Assembly (NCBI RefSeq): GCF_030028105.1
Contig: NC_092374.1
Location: 186,156,638 to 186,220,637, forward strand
Origin: Mobula birostris
Taxonomy: Eukaryota
Length of the DNA stretch: 64,000 nucleotides
Direction: 5' to 3'
Shown one piece after another: positions 49,572 to 61,700 of this stretch (within the stretch, counting starts at the first letter, position 1; every line of letters begins with the position of its first letter). The translations under genes were made by a program, and so were the position numbers. Below the pieces are notes generated by a model, which did no database searches, was not told the origin of the DNA, and saw nothing but the letters and a program-made list of their open reading frames with translations.

Positions 49572-52500
49572 CTGAGATGAAATCAAATAAGCCTCATTAC
49601 AATTTGAACTCCCAATACGCCAAAGTGTTTCACAGGACAGTAAGGAAGGAATACAAAGCGATTGATGTGTGAAAACTTGCTTATTTATTTCATTTAGAGA
49701 CACAACGCAGGATGGTCCTTCTGGCCCAAAAAGCCTCATCACCCAGCAACCTAATCGCAGGACAATTCACATTGACCAATTAACTAGTTTGTCTTTGAAT
49801 GGTGGGAGGAAACCTGAGCACCCAGAGGAGCCGATGCAGTTCACAGGGAAAGCATACAAACTCCTTACAGGTGGCACCAAATTGAACTCCAAATTCTGGA
49901 ATGACCCAAGCTGTAATCACGTCGCGCTAACTGCTACGATGTGCTTAAAGAAATAGGTTTAGAAGCTTCTTAACGGAGGAAAATAGAACACCATGGCACA
50001 GCACAGACCATTCAGCTTACAATGTTGTGCTGAGGTAATTTAACCTTTCCCTCACATATATCCCTCCATTTTTCTCTCAGAAAGAGGTAGACAATTTTCG
50101 ACAGAAACCCAGAGTTTAGCCCTGGCCAGCAGAAGGGCAATTGTCAGTCCATTAAAATAGTGATTTCAGAAGGAGGCCGGGATTGGAAACCCCATAGCTG
50201 GAGAAGGTTGAAGAGTAAGGAGAGCAGAAGCAATCGATAAATCTGTAAACTGGATGGACTACTTAGCATTGACTGAGCCACCGATATCAGACATGATATA
50301 ACTGCTCTCCAACCGGTCAACCATGAACAGTCCTCCACTAAAATCTGGCACTGGGGTCTGAATTGGAAGAGCTGTCCCACTGCCTAGTCAGAGAACAGAA
50401 CACCCTGGCTGAGCCAACCTGACATTGTGCCACCACAGTCCCCACATATCCCGTGACCCACCAGAAGATGGCAGCAGATTACTGTACAGGTGGGTCCTCA
50501 AGTGTTGAATTGGGACCTACGAAGTCCCAGCGTATCAGCAAGAAAACCTAAACACGAGGAATTCTGCAGATGCTGGAAATTCAAGCAACACACATCAAAG
50601 TTGCTGGTGAACGCAGCAGGCGACGAAGGGTCTCGGCCCGAAACGTCGACTGTACCTCTTCCTAGAGATGCTGCCTGGCCTGCTGCATTCACCAGCAAAT
50701 TTGATGTGTGTTGCTTCAGCAAGAAAACCTTCCTGCTTGCCACCCGCTATCCTCCCTCAGCAGATAATTCAGCCTCCTCCTAGCTGGAAGAAACACCAAC
50801 ACTAGTAAGGACACCAGACGTATGCTTCCACATGGTCCTCTGGTACTGTGACCGTGGCCCTTTCAGTTTGCTCAGTTACAGTTTGTGATTCTGAATTGTC
50901 AAGTTTGCGGGACTTGCCAGGGAAGGTAGAGTGATACTACTCTCCCATGGTATGACGTCTGGAACCAGGTGTCAATCTTTTTCAAGAAATGTTGACTACT
51001 TATCACTTTCCATAGACGCTGCTTGACCTGATAAGTTCCGCCATTAAAGGATTGGCCATTCAATACTGAGTTAAGATTTCTTCAAAGTGTGGCAAAGTCT
51101 GGAAACTCTCCACCCAAAGGGGCCTTGACATTACATTTCGGTTAGAGATCGATAGATTTTTGAACATTAAGGGAATGGTGGCTATGGGTTTCACGCCTGA
51201 AAATGGCACTGATCAGCCGTGAATGTGAAGACTGACGATTTATTGACCCTGATGGGGTTCCCCTCCCGATAACTGAGCTGCTGCATGTTACTAACGTCCT
51301 TAGGCGAGGGCTGACAATTATATTTATTTATTTGTTTGTTTAGGGCAGAGATGAGGAGGAGCTGCTTTTCTCAGATAGTGGTGAATCTGTGGAATTCTCT
51401 GCCCAATGAAGCAGTGGGGGCTACCTCAGTAAATATATTTAGGACAAGGTTGGATAGATTTTTGCATAGTAGGGGAATTCAGGGTTATGGGGATAAGGCA
51501 GGTAGGTGGAGATGAGTCCATGGTCAGATCAGAAATGATCTTACTGAATGGCGGAGCAGGCTCAATGGGCCAGATGGCCTGCTCCTGCTCCTATTTCTTA
51601 CGTTCTTATGTATAATGTTTATTTATTTTATTTAGAAATACAACACAAAACAGGCCCTTCCAGTCCAACAAACTGCAGCTCCTAGCAACCCACCTATCAC
51701 AGGACAATTTACAATGACCAACTGACCTACTAACTGATATGTCTATGGAATGTGGGAGGAAATCAGAGGACCCAGAGGAAACCCACACAGTCATGGCTAG
51801 AGTGTACAAACTCCTTACAAGGGCCACTGGAATTGAATTCTGAACTCAGAAAAGCCTGAACGTACACACTCCTGAGAGAGGCCACCAGAATTGAACGCCA
51901 AACCCCCAAAAGTCCAAAATGATTAGCATTGTGCTAACTGCTACACTACAAGTATGTCCATGACTGAATGAGCAAAGCCTTTATCTCACCACCCACACCA
52001 TCATGGCTGCTTTAGATCAGTTCAAGGTTGCTAACCGTCTTGAGAACATGGAATACCTCTGCCAAGTTCACAGGCAGTAACTTTGCAGAGTGTTTTATGG
52101 GCTTTGTTATCCATACCTCCATACCTCCTCCTTCCCTTCTCCCACCCCCCCAGCGTGGTTGCAGATGCCCTCCCCGATACTCCGCAAAGACAAAGACAAA
52201 CGTGGGGAGTTGCACTCAGAAGCCATGGCATATACAGTTTAATGACAATGCAACGGCAGTGCCAGGAAATGTTGAGTAGAGGGATCTGGAAGTACACGTC
52301 CATAATTCCTTGAAAGTGGCATCACAGGTTGATAGGGTGTTGAAGGGAGATTCTGGCACATGGGCCTTCATAAATCGATGTCCTGGTATAGGGATATCAT
52401 GCTGAAATTGTATAAGATGTTGGCTAAGTCTAATTTGGAGTATTATGTGAAGTTTTAGTCACCATCCTACAGGAAAAGTATCAATGAGTGAAAGAGTGCA

Positions 52501-52949
52501 GAGGAAATTTACAAGGATACTCCAGGACTTGAGGACCTGAGGGAAAGCTTGAATACATGCAGGTTCGATCTTTATGCCCTGGAGTGTAGGAGAATGAGGG
52601 GAGATTTGATAGAGGTATACACAATTAAGAGGGCAATAGCTAGGATAAATCCAAGCAGACTTTTTCCACTGAGGTTGTGTGAGACTAGAGCTGGAGGTCA
52701 GGGTTAAAGGTGAAAGGTAAAATGTTTACGGGAAACATGGGGGGAACTCAGGGTGGTGAGAGTGTGGAATGGGCTGCCATTGAAGGTGGTGGATATGGGT
52801 TCGATTTCAATATTTAAGAGAAGTTTGGATAACTAAATAGACGGGAGGGGTATGGAGGGCTAAGGTTGATGGGAATAGGCAGAATAATAGTTTGGCATGG
52901 AATAGGTAGGGCTTGGGGCCTGCTTCTGTGCTGTAGTGCTGTATCGCTC

Positions 52950-55230
52950 GATTAGGATAATGAGTGTGCAAATGTAAACCTGACTCAGTGACGGGGCAGG
53001 TACAGAGCAGAGTGAAGGTGGCTCAGTAAACACTCTGATGCTACAGATATCAGTGACCAAACATGTTGGAGGCCCCTTGCCGAAGACCTTAGGAGCAGAA
53101 TTCGGCCATTTGGCCCATCGAGTCTACTCTGCCATTTCACCATGGCTGATCCAATTTTCCTCTCAGCCCCAATCTCCTGCCTTCTTCATGCCCTCACCAA
53201 TCAAGAATCTATCAAATTCTGCCTTAGATATACATAAATACTTGGCCTCCACAGCTGCTTGTGGCAAAGAATTCCACAGATTCACTACTCTCTGGCTTAA
53301 GAAATTCCTCTTCATCTCCATTCCAAAAGGACGTCCCTCTATTCTGAGGCTGTGCCCTCTGGTCAGATTCTCCCACCAAAGGAATCTTCTTCTCCACATC
53401 CCCTCTATCATGCCCTTTCACCATTCATTAGATTTCAAGGAGGTCACCCCTCATTCTTCTGAGTTCTGGTGAATACAGGCCCAGAACCTTCAAATGCTCT
53501 TCATATGACAAGCCATTCAATCCTGCAATCATTTTCGAGAACCTCCTTTGAACCCTCTCCAGTTTCAGCACATCCTTTCAAAGATAAAGGGCGTTCTTGC
53601 TTTTATATTCTAGTCCTCGTGAAATGAATGCTAACATTGCATTTGCCTTCCTCACCAGAGACTCAATCTGAAAGTTAACCTTTATGGAATCCTGCATAAG
53701 GACTCCCAAATCTCTTTGTAATTGAGTATTTTATATTTTCTCTCATTTAGAAAATAGTCAACCCTTTCATTTCATCTACCAAAGTGCATGACCGTACACC
53801 TCCCAACACTGTATTCCATCTGCCATTTCTTTGCCCATTCTCCTTATCTGACTAAGTCCTTCTGTAGCCTCTCCACTTCCTCAAAACTACCTGCCCCTCC
53901 ACCTATTTTCATGTCATTTGCAAACTTTGCAGCAAAGCTATCAATTCAATCATCCAAATCATTGATATATAATGTAGAAAGAATTGGTCCCAACACAGCT
54001 CCTTGTGGTACACCACTAGTCACTGGTAGCCAGTCAGAAAAGACTCCCTTTATTCCCACTCTTTGCCTCCTACCAATCAGCCTCAGCTTTATCCATGTCT
54101 ATCCTACTTACTACTTCTTCAAAGAATTCCAGCAGATTTATCGGGCAAGATTTTCCTTGAGGAAACCATGCTGACTACGGCCGATTTTGTCACGTGTCTC
54201 CAAGTACCCTGAGACCTCATCCTTAATAATCAGCTCAACCACTTCCCAACCACTGAGGTCAGACTAACTGGCCTATTGTTTCCTTCCTTCTGCTTCTCTG
54301 CCTTCTTGAAGAGTGGAGTGATATTTGCAATGTTCCTATCTTCCGGAACCATTCCAGAATCTAGTGATTCTTGAAAGATCATTACTAATGCCTCCATGAT
54401 CTCTTCAGCCACCTCTTTCAGAACCCTGGGACGTACACCATATCTACTTTCAGACTTACCTACTTTCAGACCTTTCAGTTTCCCAAGAACCTCTCCCTAG
54501 TTATGGTAACCACACACTTGACGCCCCCCGACACTTGGAACTTCCATCTTACTGCTACTGTCTTCCACAGTGAAGACTGGTGCAAAGTGCTTATTCAATC
54601 CATCCACCATTTCCTTGTCCCCCATTTCTATCTCTTCAGCATTGTTTTCCAGCGATCTGATATCCACTCTCGTCTTTCTTTTACACTTTATATATCTGAA
54701 GAAATTTGTGACATCCTCTTTAATATTATTGGCTAGCTTACTTTTGTATTCCATCTTTATCTTCTTAATGACTTCTTAGTTGCATTCTGATTGTTTTTAA
54801 AAGCTTCCCAATCGTCTAACTTCCCACTAATCTTTACTCTATTATATGCCCTCTCTTTGGCTTTTATGTTGGCTTTGACTTCTCTTCTTAGCCATGGTTG
54901 TGTCATCTTTCCTTCAGAATACTTCTTTGTCTTTGGGATGTATATATCCTGTGCCTTCAAAATTACTTCCAGAAATTCCAGCCATTGCTGCTATGCCATC
55001 ATCCCTGCCAGTGTTCTTTTCCAATCAATTCTGGCCATCTCCTCTCTCATGCTACTATAATTCCCCTTATTCCACAGTAAATACTGATATATCTGCCTTT
55101 AGTTTCTCCCTCTCAAATTTCAGGGTGAATTCAATCATAGTATGATCGCTTTACCCTTAGGGTTCTTTTACATTAAGCTCTCTAATTGATTCTGGTTCAC
55201 TGCACAACACCCAATCCAGAATAGCAGACT
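52950..55230 (-). mobile_element. Long CR1 ORF2 fragment (endonuclease end to 3' tail, with deletions)
   Basis: PEDRNIANITPLFKK..NNRPVSLTSVVGK, YKSKLANNIKED, RGHSLRIEG..WNSLPQ. Confidence 0.85.
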
Positions 55231-55249
55231 CATGGCAACCTGGGTGCAG

Positions 55250-56110
55250 GGTGCACTACCTCAATGACTACCCCAGTAGCATTCATATCTACTGTGATGA
55301 AGTGCTTTGATTTGTTGGTCCTGGCTAGAATTAAGTTCAGCCAGTGCAAAGACCTGGACCCACTGTGACTAGTCTACCACCCCACCATATCTACAGTGGG
55401 CACAATGTCACTGGCTCTCCACTCAGCCTTGCACCACATGGACAACAACAAGACTGACGTCAGACTGCTGTTTATCGATTGCCGATCAGTGTTTAGCACC
55501 GTCATCCCCTCAACACCAATCAACAAGCTTCAAAGTCTGGGCCTCTGTTCCTCGCTCTGCAACTGGATCCTTGACATCCTCATCGGGAGGCAGTGCAAAA
55601 TATGCTCCTTGATGGTAATTTACAAGGGTGCTCCTCAAAGATGTGTGCTTTGCCCTCTGCTCTGTCCTGCATACACTCATCTGCAATGCCTCCCGATGAG
55701 GATGAGGTTAGACAAACATCTCAAACATCATTTATAAATTTGAATCACAAACAGGGGAAAGTCTCCGGCTGAAACATTGACTGTGTACTCATTTCCATAG
55801 ACACTGCCTGGCCTGCTGAGTTCCTCCAGCATTTTGTGTGTATTACCATCTATAAATTCACTGATGACACATGACTCCTGTCAATTCCTACAAATACGCC
55901 ACAGAAAGCATCCAAATTTATCAGAACTTAGTGTAAGCAATTGCTCTGCCCAAGACTGCAAGAAACTACAGGGACCTCTGAACGCATCATGAAAATCAGT
56001 CTCCACTCCACTGACTCCATCTACACTTCCTGCTGCTCTGGGAAAGTAGCCAACATAATCATCACACCTTGGACATTCCCTCTTCTCCTCTCTTTGTTAG
56101 GCAGAAGATC
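55250..56110 (+). mobile_element. Rex1/Babar fragments interrupted by a Penelope pseudo-LTR fragment
   Basis: SLALHSALHHMDNNKTDVRLLFID...GAPQRCVL; cggctgaaacattgactg...cctgctgagttcctccagc at about 55765-55840. Confidence 0.7.
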
Positions 56111-56199
56111 CAAAAGCTTGAAAACACAGACCAATGGACTTAAGAGAGAGACATGTTCAGGAGAGGGCGAAGGTTCACTCAGTAACTGCTCTGTGAGCG

Positions 56200-56900
56200 T
56201 AGTCTAGCGTTGCCACTGTCTGATAGGCGCTCTGAAGTCTGGGACCCACCAGACTGCAGACCTCGGATTTGGATGAAGAATCGGCTGGGTGCAGTCAGTA
56301 GGTGAAGCAGCATCATTGGGGTTTGCGGTGGGTGAGATGCCGGCGTATTGTGGTAAAACCTTGCATCAGCACTGGAAGTGAAGTGGTGAGGTAACGAGTA
56401 TAGAGGAGAAGTGGAGGAGTGCAACAGGGGTCAGAGGTGACTGGTGGGGGGGGAATGGGAGTGGGTGAATGATAATGGGAATATTGAGATAGGTAGGGGA
56501 AGGGGGAGTCTGTGGATGCTGGAAATCTGGAGCAACACACAAAATACCGGAAGAACTCAGCTGGTCAGACATCATCATGGAGGGGAATAAACAGTTGATG
56601 TTTCGAGGCAAGATTGTTCATCAGGGCTGGAAAGGAAGGGGGGGGCAGAAGCCCAAATAAAGGGTGGGGGAGGGGTGGAACACAAACCAGCAGGTGATAG
56701 ATGAGACCGTGAGGGGAATAGTGGGTGGACGGGGTGTGGGGATGATGTAAGAAGGAGGGAGGTGATAGGTGGAAGAGGCAAAGGGCTTAAGAAGACAGTG
56801 GACAGTGGACCTTGGAATATGGTGAGGGAGGTGGGGAACCAGAGAGAGGTGTTGGGTAGACTATGAGTGTGGGGAAAGAGAAGGGGTGAGAGGGTAACCA
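56200..56900 (-). mobile_element. Penelope 3' or pseudo-LTR fragments
   Basis: Reverse-strand CT-rich tract followed by ccagccCTGATGA...GAAACatcaactg. Confidence 0.65.
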
Positions 56901-57089
56901 GACTCTGGAATGAGAAAAGAGAGAATGAGTGGGGTAGGGAGGGGGAAGGAAGTATTTGCCTGATGGCAGGGTATAGAGAGAGTAGAGCAATTGGGGAAGC
57001 CCACATCCCTGAGTTTTGCCAGTGCTGATTTTCAGCGAGATGAAGATGTGATTTCCAATCTGCACAGACTGTGGTCTCCCAGAGAGGAA

Positions 57090-58850
57090 ATCATAAGTTA
57101 TAGCAGCAGAGTTAGGCCATTCAGCCCACCAAGTCTCCTCTGCCATTTCATCATGGCTGATTCACTATCCCTCTCAATCCCATTCTCCTGTCTTCTCATA
57201 ACCTTTGATGTCCTCGCTCATCAAGAAACTATCAATCCCTGATTTAAATACAAATTGGCCTCCACAGCCATCTTTGGCAATAAATTCCACAGATTATCCA
57301 CCCTTTGGCTGAAGAAATTCCTCCTCATCTCTGTTCTGAATTGATATCCTTCTAGCCTGAGGCTGTGCCCTCTGGTCCTAGGTTCACCCACTACCGGAAA
57401 CATCCTCCTCATAACCACTCTATCTGGGCCTTTCAATATTCAATAGGTTTCAATGAGATGCCATCACATTCTTCTAAACTCCAGATAAATACAGGCCTAG
57501 AGCCATCAAATGCTCCTCCTATGTTAACCCTTTCATTCCCAGAATCAATTTTGTGAACCTCCTCTGAATCCTTTCCGATGTTAACACATTTTTTCTCAGG
57601 TAAGGGGCCCAAAACTGCTCACAATATTCCAAGTGCAGTCTGGTCAATACTGTATGAAACATCAGCATGACCTATGTATTTGCTTTTATATCCTAGTCCT
57701 CTCAAAATTTCCTCATCACCAACTCAGCCTGGAAATTAACCTTTTGGGAATTCTGCACGAGGACTGCCAATTCTGATTTTTGAATTTTTCTCCCTGTTTA
57801 GAAAATAGACTATGCCTTTATTCCTTCTATGAAAGAAGCTTGACCGTACACTTCCCTACACTATAATCCATCTGCCGCTTCTTTGTCCATTCCTTCTGCA
57901 GATTCCCTACCTATCTTTGTTTTGATTACAAACTTGGCAACCAAGCCATCAATTCCATCATTCAAATCATTCACATATAATGTGAAAAAAGCGGTCCCAA
58001 TACCAAACCCTCTGGAACACCTCTAGTCACTGGCAGCTAACCGAAAAAAGGCACCCTTTATTTCCACTCCTTGCCTCTTGGAGTTAGTCAATGCTCGATC
58101 CATGCTAGTATCCATGTAATACCATGGGCTCTTATCTTGTTAAACAGCTTCATGTGCAGCTCCTTGTCAAAGTCCTTCTGAAAATAAAAGTAAACAGCTT
58201 CTACTGATACTCCACTGTCTATCCTGTCTGTTATTTCCTCAAAGAATTCCAACAGATTTGTCAGGAAAGATTTCCCCTTAAGGAAACCATGCTGACTTTG
58301 GCCTACTATATCATGTGTCTCAAGCATCGCGAAACCTTGTCCATCATTGATCGTGTGGATAGCCAGAGGCTTTTTCTCCAGGGCTGAAATGGCTAACACA
58401 AGGGGGCATAGTTTTAAGGTGCTTGGAAACAGGTACCACGGGAATGTCAGGGGTAAGTTTTTCAGACAGAGAGTAGTGGGTGCATGGAATGCACTACCAG
58501 CAATGGTGGTAGAGGCAGATACAATAGGGTCTTTTAAGAGACTCTTAGATGGGTACACGGAGCTTAGAAAACTAGAGGGCTATGTGGTAGGGAAATTCTA
58601 CGCAGTTTCTAGAGTAGGTTACATGGTCGGAACAACATTGTGGGCCAAAGGGCCTGTAATGTGCTGTAAATTTCTATGTTCTGTGTTATAAAGACGCCAA
58701 CATTTTCTCAAGCACTGAATTAGGCAAACTGGCAAAATACTTTTGAAGCGTCCACCATTTCTTTGCCTCCATTAGTACCTCTCGAACATCATTTTCTATA
58801 GTCTGATATCCACCCTTGCACCTCTTTTTCTTTTTCCATATCTGAAAAAG
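57090..58850 (-). mobile_element. CR1 fragment containing a nested, oppositely oriented CR1 3' end (about 58345-58685, +)
   Basis: GQSQHGFLKGKSFLTNLLEFFE on the - strand; NTRGHSFKVLG..WNALP on the + strand. Confidence 0.8.
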
Positions 58851-60334
58851 CTTTTGTTCAAAGTTCAATGTAAATTTATTATCAAGGTACATACATGTCA
58901 CCCTACACAACCCTAAGATTTGTTTTCTTGTAAGCATACTCAATAAATCCATCATGGAATAACAACCATAACAGAATCAATGAAAGACCGCTTAGGTGCT
59001 CAAACAGAGTGCAAAAGACAACAAACTGCAAATATGAAAAGAAAATAAACTAATTATAAATAAATACGCAACAAGAACTGACAACATGAGATGAAGAGTC
59101 CTTGAAGGCGAGTCCATTGGTTGTGGAAACATTTCAATAATGGGGCAAGGGAAGTTAAGTGGTTATCCCCTTTGGTGTGATGGTTGAGTGGTAATAACTG
59201 TTCCTGCACCTAGTGATGTGAGTCCTGAGGCTCCTGCACTTTTTTCCTGATGGCGACAGTGAGAAGAGAGCATGCCCTGGGTGGTGGGAATCTCTGGTGA
59301 TGGATGCTGCTTTCCTGTGACAATGTTTCATGTAGACGTGCTCAATGGTGGGAAGGGCTTTATCCGTGATGGACTAGGCTGTATCTACTACTTTTTGTTG
59401 GATTTTCTATTCAAAGGCATTGGTGATCCATGATGCAGCCAATCAACATACTTTTCACCATACATCTGTAGAAGTTTGGCAAAGTTTTAGGTGCTGAATC
59501 TTCACAAATTCCTCAGGAAGCAGAGGCCCTGCCAGGCTTTGTTCATAATGGTACTTACGTGCTGGGCCCTCTGAAATAATAACACCCAGGAATTTAAAAC
59601 TGCTGACCCTCTCCACCTCTGATCCTCTGATGAGGACAGGCTCATGGACCTCTGGTTTCCTTCTCCTGAAGTCAATAATCAGCTGTTTGGTCTTGCTGAC
59701 ATTGAGAAAGAGTTTGTTGTTATGGCACCACTCAGCCAGATTTTCAGTCTCCCCCCTCTTGAGCGAGGGCAGAATACTCTCTATTAACAAGGCATGTCCT
59801 ACAGCCCTGTTATCTGTGATGTGTGACACCGACAAAGAAGCTTTATGTGCTTCTGATTGCAACAATAACTCAGCCTATCAGAGATATTCCCTTTGTTCTA
59901 AAGATTCAAAAATTCAAAGTACATTTATTATGAAAGTGTATGTGCAGTATACAACCCTGAGATTCATCTTCCTGCAGACAGCCATGAAACAAAGAAGCAT
60001 CATGGAACCCATTCCAAAACAAAATCAAACATCTAATGCACAAAAATTGAACAAATTGCGCATGCAGCAAAAACTGCAGAATATAAAACATCAAACCTCA
60101 ACGTCATTGAAACAGTTGAGGAATCCTCAGTTTAGTTTAGCTCGGTTTAATTTAATGCTGTATCATTCATTGGTTGCAGGCTGCAGAGACAGCCCGCCCC
60201 AATCTAAACCAACCAATACAGAAATAGAAAAGGGGTAACCAGACATCAGAAACATATACAATATGAACGGCAGAGTCCAACCCCCTAACTGCATCAATTA
60301 AACCTTGCTCAAAACCCAGGACTCCAGCACCATC

Positions 60335-60465
60335 NNNNNNNNNNNNNNNNNNNNNNNNNNNNNNNNNNNNNNNNNNNNNNNNNNNNNNNNNNNNNNNNNN
60401 NNNNNNNNNNNNNNNNNNNNNNNNNNNNNNNNNNNNNNNNNNNNNNNNNNNNNNNNNNNNNNNNN
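60335..60465. other. Assembly gap (131 N)
   Basis: Run of N bases. Confidence 1.
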
Positions 60466-60899
60466 TTCTTCTGGGAGCAAGGAGCAAGAGCGAGAGAGAG
60501 ACTAGTCGAATGCAGGCACCTTCCTCCCGCAGTAGTGAGAGCGAAGGAGAGAGACCCGGTCAAACGCAGGCATATGGCACTGAGCACCTGCTCATTTCAT
60601 TGATTTCAATCTGACTCGATGGTTTAATTGGTGGGATCAGCGAGAAATGGAATCGATCGTGGGCTCACGTCCCACATCCACGTCTCTTGTCGTCCAGACT
60701 ACGCACTGCACCTAAGACCTCACTAAACTCCCTTGGAGACAGGAAACACCAGATCGCTCCATCAGCCCAAAAGCACACCAGCAAAATGTAAATCACAGGA
60801 TTCAGTAGTAGCAGAATCACATTTGAAAGAAGAAGAGGAAGAAAAAGAAGCAGCTTTGTGAACTGTCTGAAGGATGTCATCTTTGGTCATGTTGTTCAC

Positions 60900-61700
60900 T
60901 GGCACCATCTTCTTCAAATGCAATCCCATAACTGCTCACCTGTCTGCAATCTTTGTGGTCCTTATCTCTGGGGTCTTGCTCTTGTGCCTCTGCCTGTATG
61001 CAGGTAGCAGAAGAACAGCCAAATGATCAGATTTCCCAACACGCAGTCTGGGCATGGAACAGAGGCATTCCTTACCTTAGTATAGCAGTGGTCTAGTGTG
61101 CTGAAACCCCTGGTGCTGCAGGTTATGTACTGATGATAATTGTGCAGAGATTTCTTCAAACAAGCCTGAATGAAGTTCCTGACTATTATTTAAAATGTGT
61201 AGTGACGGCAGACTTCCTGGGTGCCTGATTAACTTCAGCTTTTGGCAGTATGTAAACTGCAGTCAGGATCATGGAGGTACTCTTGTAGAATGGTTGGCAC
61301 TTAATTGTTCGATATTCCAGGTCAGGGGAATAAGAGTATGACAAAACTGCCACATCCAAGTGCTACAAAGAGCTTATCATGAATTACAAATCCCCACCTT
61401 TTGTCTTCTCCAAATCAGCTGTTCAATCCATACTGAGTATCGAGAAGCCTTTGGGTCTTGCCAAAGCATCTGGTGTGTCTAGAGTGAGCCATGTCTCCGT
61501 GAAACACAGAATGCTGCAATCCCTCATATCCCTCCGATGCAGCAATCTTGCCCCTAGGTTCTCAATATTGTTCTCCACTGACTGTACCTTTGCTAACAAG
61601 ATGCAGGGTAGAGGGTGTTTCATTCCTTTGCACTTTAACCTGGCTTGGAGTCCTCTCCAACTCCATCTCTTCCAGCTATGGTGATGTACCTTCATCTACT
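60900..61700 (-). mobile_element. Rex1/Babar endonuclease-region fragments
   Basis: ILLAKVQSVEN..., CFTETWL, TCSTRG.STLDHCYT. Confidence 0.75.

Noticed and set aside
50170-50214. 45-nt phase 1-1 + strand micro-exon candidate (EGGRDWKPHSWRRLK)
   Set aside because: Good donor, but no neighbouring phase-compatible exons and no homology.
50144-50380. Hydrophobic - strand ORF (IYRLLLLSLLFNLLQLWG) as the TM exon of the inverted paralog
   Set aside because: No clear donor, phase does not fit, and no DNA similarity to the 17548 TM exon.
59630-60238. Longest + strand ORF (202 aa)
   Set aside because: Runs across the antisense strand of a Rex1 fragment and common 3' UTR repeats; no protein-like features.
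60665-60880. Leucine-rich - strand ORF resembling a TM or signal segment
   Set aside because: Pyrimidine-rich repeat-like sequence adjacent to LINE fragments; no convincing splice sites.
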